Assembly (NCBI RefSeq): GCF_964355755.1
Contig: NC_092670.1
Location: 40,226,388 to 40,290,387 of the forward strand
DNA length: 64,000 nucleotides
Direction: 5' to 3'
DNA from: Antedon mediterranea
Lineage: Eukaryota; Animalia; Echinodermata
Part shown: piece after piece, positions 51,822 through 64,000 of the stretch
How the letters are laid out: every line of letters begins with the position of its first letter
Position numbering within the stretch: position 1 is the first letter of the stretch
Made by a program: the position numbers and the translations under genes
The notes under the pieces: generated by a model
Databases searched by the model: none
What the model saw: the letters and a program-made list of their open reading frames with translations, nothing else
What the model was told of the DNA's origin: nothing

Positions 51822-52761
51822 AATAAACTTTGAGAAGACTTAAGTTAAGAAGCTGCTGCACAAATGCATACAAGAGGAAAGAACTGGCTGCAATTTACCA
51901 GGATGGAAGTATTTGGACTTAACCATATCTCTGATGGCATTCAAGTACAGCAACCTTTAAAGTCTAATAAAAAACACTGAACAACGACTAAAACTCATAT
52001 CAAAATAGATTTGCATGCTTTAAAAAAGGTTGCATGATTATGTGATGGATAAAGTTGAATTATAACACAAGTTTACTTGCTACATTATGTCACCAGTTTC
52101 GATTCTGGTGATGTTGGAAGACTTTCTTTAAAGTTCTACAAACGAGATGATGTTGGAAGACTTACTTTAGTTAGAGTTCTACAAACGAGATTTTAATCAA
52201 AATATTGGAATATGAACCATGTATATAATGTAATTATAGATAACCTATATAGAATGCAAATAATAAATCATGTTAAAGCATCCATGTTTTGTAGTATCTG
52301 TGTTTATTACATTACAGTAGTTGTACAAAATAGAATATAGGCATTCTCAATACTTATGTATTTTAAACTGTTCAGTATCTTCAAAGCTTTCCGATACATA
52401 CAGCATAAGAATAGGCTAAATAGTTGCAAACCTTTTTAAAAAAATGTCAACACATGTTTTAAGTAATTGCTTGCCTAGAAGGTTGGTTCAGTTGAGTTGG
52501 TTCTTACATCACTGACCGTCAACTTGGACAGTAGCAAGTTCCACTGGTCAACTTCATTTACACATGCAGGCCAGTGAAAGATTTTGTAATCTTGATCTCA
52601 GACATTCAATGTTTGGATAATCCAAAGTAGAGAAATTTTGTCAATGTCTAATAGTGAGTAGAAGTGGTGACTTTGACCAGCAGAAATTTTTTTTCCTGAA
52701 ACGTTTGAGACTTGTGCTGACCGTTGGTGTGTATCTTACATAATTACAGCATCTAAAGGCA

Positions 52762-55627
52762 TCACCTTGCATCAAAAACCACCACTGTAACGTTTGGTTA
52801 AGAAAAATGTGTAATTATTATAAAAATGTTCTAAGCTATTAAATTGATAAACAGTACTGAAACATTTTTTTTTACATAGAAAGTTGCCAGGTTATTTATA
52901 CACTATCTTCAGTGGTTTACATAGAAAGTTGCCAGGTTATTTATACACTATCTTCAGTGGTTTACATAGAAAGTTGCCAGGTTATTTATACACTATCTTC
53001 AGTGGTTTTGTTAATAGAAAGTTGCCAGGTTATTTATACACTATCTTCAGTGGTTTTGTTAATAGCTGTTAGGTAAAAATATCTCTCTTTTAATCGATTT
53101 TAACACTTCACAGTGATTTAACTATATTTTAACTAAAATAAAAACAAAATTACATTAAAAGTGATTTAACAAAAATTAAAAACTAAAAAAATAAACTGGT
53201 AAGAAATTAAATATTGCATTATGAGAGTTAACAAATGATGCATGAATAGTAATGAAGGCTTGAATATTAATGAAGGCTACATGCTATCTAGATACAGCTT
53301 ACAATTGTGAAAGGAAGTCATTGTACTTATCTGACAACAACAGGCTGGTATTCTAATTACTAATCAGCCCCTTTGTTCTTTGCTAAGTCACTCACTAACT
53401 TTCTTTCTTTCAAGAACTGTACCCTAATCAGGGAGCTGCAAAAAACTGTTCACTCGTGGCCTCCATGGTTCACTTATATTCTCAAAAGCAATCTCTCACA
53501 TGGGAACCTAAATTGCTTTTTAAAATGATCACCTAACCATGGAGGATTTTACTAGGTTAAAAACATAATTTAAAAACTATCATACAAATGTAGACAACAA
53601 ATAAATAATTGGCAGCCATTAATCCATTAATCTGGTACCAGTACTTATCTGGTACCAGTACTTCTTACAAATGAAATTACAAGAAATTTCACAAAGATGT
53701 ATTGTCCTCAAAAACATTTTGCAGTTTTAATCAAGTTATTCACTTCTGTGTAGAAAAAAAACAATAATGATTTCATCATAATGATATAGAAAGACCAAAA
53801 CAAAGTATTCTGGTTTACTAGTTAATACTATTGTTTGCTTTCAATTAAGGTGGTTTTTTTTTTCAGTTTCAATTTTTGTTAAAAGTGAATAACTTACAAT
53901 TACAGTATGTGACATTACAATGGCGTATTCAACAATCAACAAATTTTACAAATTATTTTTTCAGGGGGGACGATATATAAAGATATCATGGAATATTAAT
54001 ATAAAGTGTAATAACAAAAAGAATAACAAAATAACTAAAACTAACATTATTAATATCATAAAGGATACTTCTTTTAGTCCTTTTCTTGTACATTATTCTG
54101 TAACCACATTCTCTGCATCTGATTGGATCTCTTGGTTTTATCTCATTCTCTTGATGACATTCTAATCAACAAAAACACATAATTTTTAGATATTTTCCCT
54201 TTTTATTAAGCTCTGTCTACACTATCAAACTACTTTGAGAAAAAAAAAGTGATGTGGCCAAATATGGTAGTGATATGCCCAAATATGGTAGTGATACAGC
54301 ATCATATCCATATATGAGCACATCACATTTTTTGTCACATAAAATGTTAGTGTAGACAAACCGTTAGATTATTTAAAGGTATGCCTTCAAAATACATATT
54401 GCAAACTATCACTGCATTATTTTTACTGAAAATAAAATTTTTACCTGTAAATAATTTGGTTTTATAAATTCTATTACCTTGTCTTGTTTTTTATTTTATT
54501 TTTTTTTAATTTAAAATTACACATTTTTTTTATTTCTTTACAGTTGTTTCAATTTTTGAACTCTAATTTTAATGTTTATTTTGTTAATTTACTGTATATA
54601 AATTGGATGTGGCTCTAATTACATACAATATAATTAATGAATAATAATAGTTTAATTAATAAAACTAATTCTGGTCAATATATAACTTGTAAAATAAACA
54701 CAAACCATCAAAAGGATTATAAAATAAAATTAACAGTTAAAATTTACTAAATTTTACACAGACTACAGTATAATATGACAACATCTTTGTTTGACTATTA
54801 ATGATCTCAACAAAAAGTCAATGTCATTAACAAGTACTGTACCAAAACAACAACTTGTATATTTTGTAATTACTTTGTAGAACCTGTTACAAACATATTT
54901 AATATTCTTTAACTTGTGCTAGAACGAAAACAATATAACAATTTAGTTTGTTTCACTTGAATAAAAGAGAAATGTTGAGACAAGCATGGGTGGAGATAGT
55001 GCATTTTGAACAGTAAGTATCCATGGAATAAGTTTTCCATTGTATACATGAAAAGGTTCTTGCATAATATTGCTAATAGGTCGTTAAAAACTGACCCATG
55101 TCTTTGTCTGGACTTTTTATGACCTGGGCCACTTAAATGTATTGTACCATAAAGGAATTGGCTATTGAAACCATAGTTAGAAATGTAAAATAATTTTAAA
55201 TACTATCAATCAATCATCTCATGTTTCTAACATTCTAAATATTAGAATGTGCTGTATTTATGGTAAATAATTAATGAAGACTCCCTGGCAATGCTTACAG
55301 AATCCCCCACCCCAAAAAAAAATTGTCCCCACCCCTTTTTTTTCTGAATTTAGTCAACTAGTTGTAAGATTTGTACTCAAAAGGTCAGAAAAACATTTTA
55401 AAGACAATCCCTGCTTACTGTAGTTGCCCAGTGTATGCACTTTAGGTTGTCATGGGATCTTTTTTTGCAAGACCTTTTTTTTTTGCTATTGAGGTCTAAT
55501 GAGTACTTTTTTTTTGCTATATTGAGGTCTAATGAGTACTTAGAGTGACATACTTACCTCCACATATATAGATCATAGCCTGTTTTATGGGTGGGGCTGG
55601 TGGTGCGGCATCTTTACCTTGTTCCAT
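52762..55627 (-). CDS. POLR2K: RNA polymerases I, II and III subunit RPABC4 (Rpb12), 61 aa
   Basis: Exons 55627-55558, 54161-54069 and 52784-52762 translate to [61 protein letters not shown], with the Rpb12 C2-C2 zinc ribbon and VFDAR end. An upstream acceptor at 55667-55668 and a donor near 56140 suggest a non-coding first exon. Confidence 0.97.
52785..54068 (-). other. U12-type (minor spliceosome) GT-AG intron of POLR2K
   Basis: Donor GTATCCTTT (54068-54060); branch site TTCTTAAC (52804-52797) 12 nt before the 3' junction; no polypyrimidine tract between them. Confidence 0.92.
52871..53065. repeat. 45/48-bp tandem repeat, 4 copies, inside the POLR2K U12 intron
   Basis: Unit TAGAAAGTTGCCAGGTTATTTATACACTATCTTCAGTGGTTTACA. 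Confidence 0.93.
54209..54364. mobile_element. MITE family A copy in a POLR2K intron
   Basis: Left TIR intact, right TIR degenerate, internal repeats present. Confidence 0.8.
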
Positions 55628-56141
55628 GGTGTTACCACTGTTGTTTTTAATTTAATTAAGTGTTTCCTGAAAAAGGTCAATTTATTATTCTTAATCTTAA
55701 TGAAAAGTATCTTGACTTTTTTAATCAAAATTAATTGATTTATAGAAAATATTATTATGATCATATTCATATTATTTTAATCGTAATATTACATAAGATA
55801 ATTCCATTGCAATAGTTCAGACAACAAGAATGCTACTCAATTAAACTGTGGGTATACAGTAGGCCTAGGCCCAGTTCAGTCAGACTAGGCCTAGTTATGA
55901 TAGGCTTTTTTCATGCACTATCTACCTAGGCTTAGGCCTAGGGCTAGGCCTAGGCTATATCATATGTTGTCGGTGTCAGTGAGTGGTATGTGTGGGCTAA
56001 CTAACAGGCCTCAAAACGCTACCAAACACTTTAAATAATCATAATAAGCTATAAATATTTGCGCCAGAACATTATAATTTCCTTAGTTTACATGGTACTT
56101 CATCATTTTGGTTAAAATAACTGAAATTTCAATAAAATTAC

Positions 56142-57864
56142 CGTCCAATGTTAATCTGTAGGCCTCGCTCACACGCCGCGCGCACGGTCGATTGATTGCT
56201 TAGAAATTCTTGACGACGATTGGGCAAACCTAGTTGTAAGTTCCAGACTTTACCTAAATTGTAACTATTGAATATTTCAATATTTTTCAATAAATAAGGT
56301 AAAAAAGATCACTATTTTGGTAATAACATACCGTTATAAAAATAATAAATTTAAAACATTTTACTCAATACCCAAAAGTGTAAAAATATTTAAAACAATT
56401 TAAGCTGTATTTCAAGATTAATCATTAAACGGCTGGACTATGAAGATTATGATTGGGAGTCCGCGAAACTTGAAATCAATAATCGACTTCCAAATCAAAG
56501 AAAACTGAGCGCCAAGAGGGAAGGTTGTGGTGTACTGTTTACACGACGGACAGATACTTTTGTAACAAATGTTTTGTTTAACTATTTGCTATATTATAGG
56601 AACCACTACGACTATATTTATATAATATAATTTTCAAGGTACACTATATAATTAATTGAATATTATTATCTCATTTTGCAAAATTTCTCAGGCATTTTTA
56701 TTTTAGTATTGCTGGAACAAAAATGCCAGTGTGTGGAAGGCCCTCTCTGTTGTTCTGATCAGCTTGTGTACTGATCGATCCGATCGATAGCCGGGCGGAA
56801 GGGGTCGTGTTGCGGCGCCAATTTTTAGCCTTGCCAAGCAAATAATATTTGGTCTCTAATTCTGAAAATTAGTTGTTAATACATTTATAAATCAAGTAAT
56901 TATAAGGTATCAGTTAGGCTAGGCCTACTCTTTTTGTTTAGTAATTAGCTACTTTGGTGGAGCTGGTGCTGTGTAAAAAAATAAAAAAATAATTTTTGTT
57001 TTGCCTACATACAGCATAATGGACAAGTTGAGCCGCCCGCCAGAAAAACGTTATTTTTTATGGAACGCCAGATGCTAAGTTTCGCCGGTGCTCGTTCTAT
57101 TTATATTATTAGGGATAACGATGTACATTCAAACGTTTATATATCATGGTTTTTAGTATATATATTATTAAATATTATAATTAAAGAAATAATTATGAAA
57201 ATCTGGCTTGTAGATTCCAAAATATAAGGCCTAAAACATCACCGAAGTGATCGTTTTTTTTAAGCCAAAAATGACGTAAACATGTTGCCCCTCAGTCGGC
57301 AGTTGTATGAACTAGGCCTACTCCATTTTTCGGTAAAATAATTACATAAAATCATGTTTTTTAGTAAAATATTTTGTGTATTAATTAACATTGTAAAATT
57401 CAATAAAATATGATATTAAAAGATTAATAAATAAAAAATAATATTTATTTAACCTCATTCGAAGAATGTTAATACTCTATTAATTAGTCCTGAGAGACAA
57501 CGTGACTTTACGTGGTAGGCCTACACGCAAGAAAAATTATGGAGTGCACTGAATTTTTTCCTCGAAAGATTAAAAACAATTAAATTATTAAATATTACTA
57601 CTTTCCTTTGCTGTGTTGTTAATTGTAATATGTAATTATATATTATTTATTTTCATGACACAATAAACCAACCATGAACTTATGTACTAGGACACCACCC
57701 TAATCACTACGCGAAATGTAGTAAAAGACGCATGCACTGGGCGTTTCATAGAAATCACCGGCGGCTCAACTTGTCGGTGGTCCAACCGGTCATATCCCAG
57801 CATAATAGTGTACAACAAATAATATATTGTTGGTATTTTATTTTAGTATTTTTTTCTTTTTCAG
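56142..57864. promoter_or_regulatory. Divergent promoter region between POLR2K and the Emi-family gene
   Basis: CpG-enriched relative to the window. E2F-like words at about 56461 (CCGCGAAA), 56814 (GGCGCCAA) and 57710 (CGCGAAA). An acceptor TTTTTCAG at 57864 indicates a 5' UTR intron. TSSs were not located. Confidence 0.5.
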
Positions 57865-57892
57865 TATAAAAAATTAAATAAAGTGCACCAAT

Positions 57893-59857
57893 ATGGCAGA
57901 GGCATTTGCTTCTTGTACGAAGCGATCACGAAAGCAGTCTTCAGTCAGAAACATGTCAAAACGCTCTCAAACATGGCCGCTAAGTCAGACGTCTACACCA
58001 GAAAGACAAAACTCAAACATTTTAGGATTAACGTCACCATTTCATTTTAAATGCACAAAGCAAACACACGGCGAATCACCAATTTTAACGAGTACACCGT
58101 GGGCATTCCGCCATCATTCCGTAAACTCATTACTTCAGGAGACGGACTCAAAACCTTGGATGTCAGATGACTGGTTGACCCCTATACAGTCAAAAGAAAT
58201 CAATATCGATGGACTTAACTCAGAAATCAACCTAAAAGACCTTGCCAAAAATCTATTTGATGAACCAGAAAATAATGAAGAATCTAGTCTAGAAAACTAT
58301 AAAAAAGAAATAAAATCAAGTGATGACGGATTTGATCAAACACAAGAACCACCATTATCGCTCGTCAAACGTTTATCTTCATTTGATCAGAGTTCGCTAG
58401 ACAAATTTCTAGTTGATAGCGGATATATTTCTTCCTCGCTAGACAGTACTTTTTTAATTGGCAAGAAAATGGGGTTAAGACATTTGGACGTTATATCAGA
58501 ATTGTTAAATGTGGAACCTAATATCGTTGACCAAATCGTGTCTTACCTAAGCCCTGATGATATTCAAAGGTAAACACCAGTAGTATACTGCTGTAGCTTG
58601 AATTTAAATGGAAAAAAAAATCTTATTTTTGTGATAAGTTCTTTTTAATTTTACTGTTTTTATTTGACATTTGACCAACATTCCTTGCAAATTTGTTTTT
58701 ATAGATTTATAATTTCATTCATTTACATACACAATTTTCTATTGGATCCACCAAACATCGGCCAGCAGGAGAATGTGATGTGTCTCATTAGCTAAAAGCT
58801 TTTCAACGACCCAACATCATCAAGCCAGTATGAGCAGCTCCCATAATGCTGCATCTAGTAATCGCCACACTTTTGTTGACCCTGCCATGTCAATAAATAA
58901 TTAACACTTATAATTTGTTTTCTTTTTTTAAGTTTTTCCTGTGTTTGTAGTTCATGGAAAGAATTCAGCGAAGATTCCAAATTAATTCAAGATATTATGA
59001 AACAATCGATAATCTCTCAAAGAAATAAGGTACATAAAAAAATACTACATTACAGTACTTACTGATTCACATCTTTTGGTCTTTCAGAATATAAACGCAA
59101 TGTTTTATACATTTTAATATGAATTTTTTTCTTTTAGGAAAATTACAGGAGAAATACGAAATTAACAACTTCAATGAACATACCATTAAAAACAGTACAA
59201 GAGTGCCACTCGCCTCTCAAAACACCATCGTCTAGTCGGTCATCATCCTGTTGGTCATCGTCCAAGCATAACATGTTCACAAAGGTATGTAACCAACTTC
59301 ATTAAGCAATATGCAAAGCTCATTTTCTGGAAATCATCATAAGCCAAAGTCTTAACAATGACTAAAAGGTGCGTTACTTTAAGTTGGCCTATGATATTAT
59401 GAAATATTGAATTAAAGATAAATATTTAATATTTCAATACTGCTCTGGTCTGACAGTATCTATCTTATAATACAGAGTATTAGTTTCTTAGATATTGTTT
59501 TAGAAATAAGAAGTACTGTGTTTTACCCCCCATTTAACCCTCGCATGAAAATATATTGTTAGATTTAAACAGTTGGTATAAGTAGAATATTTAAAGAAAT
59601 GTGTTTTTGTTTAGGCCGCTTCTGAGTTGCTGTCTGATGAAGTATTATTAAAATGTCCGCGGTGCTGCTCTCCAGCAAAACTGAGTATGAATAGACAACG
59701 AGGTAATTGTAAACGGCGTTCATGTATGTTTGACTTCTGCGTGTCTTGCCAAATCAACTTCCATACCGGAAAATGTAAAGTTAGTCAGAAGCGGACAATT
59801 AAGAAAGGGGGTGGCGTCGGAAGTAAAAATAGCAAAAACAATCTACGCCGTCTTTGA
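57893..59857 (+). CDS. FBXO43: Emi1/Emi2-family APC/C inhibitor F-box protein (FBXO5/FBXO43-like), 387 aa
   Basis: Exons 57893-58569, 58933-59029, 59138-59284 and 59615-59857 (1164 nt). Contains a DSGYIS beta-TrCP degron, the IGKKMGLRHLDVISEL pre-F-box block, an F-box, a ZBR (CPRC..C....CMFDFCVSC...FH...C) and a C-terminal SKNNLRRL RL tail. The symbol was chosen from POLR2K adjacency; it is probably co-orthologous to FBXO5 and FBXO43. Confidence 0.9.
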
Positions 59858-60302
59858 GCTTTTTTAATTTGCGTAGTAATGGTTACATACAATTTATCAA
59901 ACTGTTTGGTGTTTATTACATGTTAAATTGTGAAATGTATTTTATGACACAAAATTTTAATTGCTCAATTTTTGCAAAATATTCATTTCATAAATTTTTG
60001 AATTGAACATTTAAATAGTAATTTGATGATCGAATAGTTTAATGTTTCAATCAATGATTGTGCTTAATATAATTAAGCTATTTTTAATCCGAACTGAAAT
60101 GTTATATATAAAAGACCAATTTGGTGATTTCCATTTAAACTGATCTACAGTACAGTGTAAGTGATTTTCATTCAAAGTTTTTTAAAATAGTAACAGTATT
60201 AACTGGGAACGGTGTTAACTGGTACCGGTATTAACTGGTAACAGTTGGTAACAGTATTAACTGGTAACAGTAACTAGTTGATTCCCTTAAAGTTTGTTAA
60301 TC

Positions 60303-60438
60303 GTGGCTCCCACTAGAGACACAATGCAATGTCGTAGACACAACTCCAGCAAGTTGATCGATGACAAGTTACAGTTTGAATAATCGCTTGTGACTGGTCA
60401 AATCACTTGTATTGAGTCTCTAGTGCGACCCAAGCCTA
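60303..60438. mobile_element. Degenerate Harbinger-like MITE
   Basis: Inverted CACTAGAGACACAATGCAA / TTGTATTGAGTCTCTAGTG. Confidence 0.55.
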
Positions 60439-62208
60439 AGGTTGCTGGCAACCTGTACCACAATATTGTCATTTTATAGAAAGTTTAGCTTACTTGTCAT
60501 ACCACTAACGGCGACCTTTTGTTGTCATGCAGCTGCCACACGCAAAAGATTTTTTTATTTGACAGGCTCGTAGTAGAATGGCGCGTAATAAAAATGGCAT
60601 GGTCAAGCAAATCTGATTTTTTTATACAATTAAATAATAAATATCAAAATTAAAAGTATACCATGACCTGTTTATTTGGAGCAGTTTGGTTGGTATCATC
60701 AAATTGTTGTACATTTTTGTAATAAATTGTTTAAAATTTGTATAATTGAAAATGTGTAAATATTTTTGTAATTACACTGATTATATATTTTCACTTATAA
60801 TAAAGTTTTGCTAAAAATGATTTTAAATTTGTCTTGATTTATATTTATTTGTATTAGTAAATCCTTTTACTGAATATGTCTGGCATTTGAAGTAATTTTG
60901 AATTTGAGATTAATGATCTTGGAGAAATCACACCTTACACAACATTTTCTTTCTTTATGCAACAGTCGTGCTGGTCATTTATTATCCACAATACCAATAG
61001 TTGATCATAAAATAAGAAAACAACCCAAATATTTCAAACAATTTTGAAATAAAATAAAATTCTTGATTATCATGATTTTAGTTATGCTGCCCTCTATGCA
61101 AAAAATTGCTTCGCCAAACATAATTCCCATCAATATTAAAGTAAGTAAATCAATAACAAAGTCAAGGCTGTCATAACTGTGCAGAGCTGACAGGAGTTCA
61201 ATAAAGGAAACTTAATGTACATCCTCATATAAAATAAAGGAATAACGTGTGCGATCCGATGTTCTAATGAATGTAGAAAATAATTAAAAAATCAAACCAA
61301 TTGTAAATGACATCAACAATTAATGTTGGATTTACTTAAAAAACTATTAGATTTAGACAATCTATACACATACTACTACTACCAAGAAATGCATATCTGT
61401 TCACTAAATACCAAGTTATGACTGTTTTAGTCACTATCTGTGCTTAGGTCTTTTACAAATTTGTTTTATTCTTTTGTATTTTCACTCCTTTTGCCATTAA
61501 ATTTACATATATTTTTGACTTAATTTGTTATTTTACTGTTTTTACTTGTTTTAAAGAATTATGTATGCATGTTTTAACCTTTTATTTTCTATAAAGAGTT
61601 ATTAGAAAAAATACTATTTCCTACACACCTATATTTTCCGTATAATTCGCACCTATACACTTGACTATAATATGGACAACATGGAGACAGAGACTGTGCC
61701 TGGAAATTAGTAGTTACATAGCTTATCATTCTGTCCCGTTGATAAAAAACAATTACTAAAGTGTTTAATCTCATTCACGAACCAGTTAGCTACTACAAAT
61801 AAAAATTTTTAAAAACCACAAATTGCCCCTTCTGTCTTGACCAATAGCAAATTACTAAGTGTTTCATCTCAATCACGAATCAATTAGTAGTTAGGAAAAT
61901 CCAATCCTGTCTTCGTTTTCACAAAAAGAGTTTCATCTCATTCACGAATCAATTAGCTAAACAACTTATCAAAAATATTCAAACAAACTTATACGATATT
62001 CAAATATTGTTCAGCATAATGCAATTTGTAACATTCAGATTACAAAACCTTTTAGTTGAATAGTTTTGGTTAGAAAACATCTGGGTTGTTCCCCAAACAA
62101 TCTCCATAAAAGAGATGTGTTCAACATTGCATTGTCAGATAGATTCATCTTTCAGCTGAAGTGTAGAGAACATTGAACATACAATTGTAAGTACAGTATT
62201 ACATTTCT

Positions 62209-63095
62209 TGTTCTTTTTTTGTCTTTTATGAGATTCACTCACAATTATTTAATTCCTTACAATTATCACAATAATCTATATCAACATTCATTGTCAACAA
62301 CTTTTGTTTCAGTAGAAAACTTTCTCTGCAGCTAAGTTTTGTTCATGTTTTTGTTATTTTGAGTATTTTACATAAATAAAAAAGTTAAAGTATTTAGAAA
62401 ATAGACTGAAGTTATATCAAAATATACATCACTTAATATAGATTCACTATTGCCATTAGAACATCACAAAATAAAATATACTAATATACCACCAGTAAAT
62501 AAAAGTGGTAGGGTAAAAACAATACTAGAACACTAGTATTGTGTCGGAATCATATTTATTATATTGTTATTATTTAACAATTGTGTGACATTTTTAAATT
62601 GCTAAAATAATATTTTTTACTTTTTCCCATTTTTGTATGCTTTTCTCTCTTATAAACTATATCACATTCTATTCTGAATAGAATTCCTTGTTTAAAGATT
62701 TCCATAAATTAAAATAACTTTTATTTGTAAAATCAGCCAGTATCTTTTTGTTTATAAACCGTGAAAGCAGCAAAGGTATATATAAAATCAGTAAGAATAT
62801 TTCTTGTTCCAATTACCAGATTTTGAAAAGACATGTTTTATGATTGGTACCTTTAAAACAATCTCTATTTTTGTCCAAAAACCTTCAATAAATTTACAAG
62901 AAAAAAACATATGCTCCTCATCTTGTACCTCTCCACATCTACCACATATATTAGTATCCTTTAGTTTCCATATAAACAACCTTTTGTTTGTTGCTAAAAT
63001 TCTATTTAAAAATTTGTAATTAAATTGTATTAATTTTTTATCTTTCATTTTACAAACTTTAGATAACCAATCAATATTCAAATTCTCAAAATATT
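62209..63095 (-). mobile_element. 5'-truncated Tx1/L1-clade LINE 3' end (second copy)
   Basis: CGRCGEVQDEEHMFFSC zinc knuckle; 3' UTR alignable by eye with 11635-12200; flanking direct repeat TTGAACATACAATTGTAAGTA(CAGTA)TTACATTTCT at 62173-62208 and 63096-63126. Confidence 0.85.
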
Positions 63096-64000
63096 TTGAA
63101 CATACAATTGTAAGTATTACATTTCTATTGGTACATTAATTAAAGCTCAGGTACAGGCATGAATTTTAAATATAATATTTGGTTAATTGTACATAAATCA
63201 AATATTTGTAACAGAAATCAACACGAAAAAACATGAATTTCCCTTAATATGGCCAAATACAAAATTTTGCAAAATTCTTCCATAAAAACCAGGAAGACCT
63301 TTTTCCAGTAGTTAGGTAGTTAACCTAATGTAATAACATGTCTTGTGACTCCCTAGAAGGTGAAAAAAGATGGTGGATATACGGTGGATAATTTTTGCTA
63401 TAGCATGAAAATAAAAAGTTGAAGTTGAATAAAAATTCCAGAAATGTAATATTCAAGTTATATTACCTATTATAGTCATCTGATAACATTTTTTACCCCA
63501 CTGTTTATTTTTCGTAGCTTTTTAAAATGCCCCTCTATTTACAAAATTTGTGTACAAAAGAATAGAGATTTTACTGTGTAATTTGAACTATCCCCCCACT
63601 GATAAGAAAGTGCTTATTTTCAACAAGCTTGTGTAACACAAATGAAATCCCAAAAATTATGAAACATAGGGGAAACTATAGATCGATAATTATTGGAATG
63701 TATGATCAATAGAAATTTTTTGCCCGCACCTGGCCTTTAAGTCTATTGACAACTTAAAATTTTAAAATGCAACAGATACACTGGAATTTTTTGTGACTTT
63801 CTAAAGCTTGTGATTGCTTAAAATCAGTATTCTCTTGAAAAGATAATGAATTGGAAAATAACAATGATATTTTTCTTGTATGTAACAATGATGGCTATCA
63901 TTTAATTTTACAGTACTATTCACTTGGGCTTTGGAAAAACCCATATTATAAGGTTTATCTCAAACGTACGTTTGAAACAAAACAAATATTAATATTTTTG

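Noticed and set aside
59858-60100. CPE elements (TTTTAAT, TTTTAT) in the Emi 3' UTR
   Set aside because: Biologically plausible for an oocyte-regulated mRNA, but expected by chance at this AT content.

Overview
AT-rich, intron-containing animal (most likely invertebrate) genomic DNA, not prokaryotic. Four spliced genes were reconstructed by hand as two head-to-head pairs. DLAT (pyruvate dehydrogenase E2, one lipoyl domain; minus strand, 11 exons at 43856-13978, C-terminal exons not found in the window) faces EXOC3/Sec6 (plus strand, 20 exons, 738 aa, probably one GC-AG intron). POLR2K/Rpb12 (minus strand, 61 aa, absent from the ORF track, with a U12-type intron) faces an Emi1/Emi2-family F-box gene (FBXO43/FBXO5, plus strand, 387 aa). 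DLAT introns are packed with young minisatellites, about 20 copies (window-wide) of one Harbinger-like MITE, Mutator-like foldback elements with 9-bp TSDs, L2, Tx1 and Rex1-like LINE fragments, tRNA-headed SINEs, and two Penelope-like remnants carrying hammerhead ribozyme cores. The most unusual structure is two tandem arrays built from DLAT exon/intron junctions. One repeats a 5' splice site about 28 times. The other repeats a complete 3' splice site three times. The very long ORFs in the track (832, 1157, 439 and 353 aa) are satellite artefacts. No database searches were run; family names come from motif recognition.
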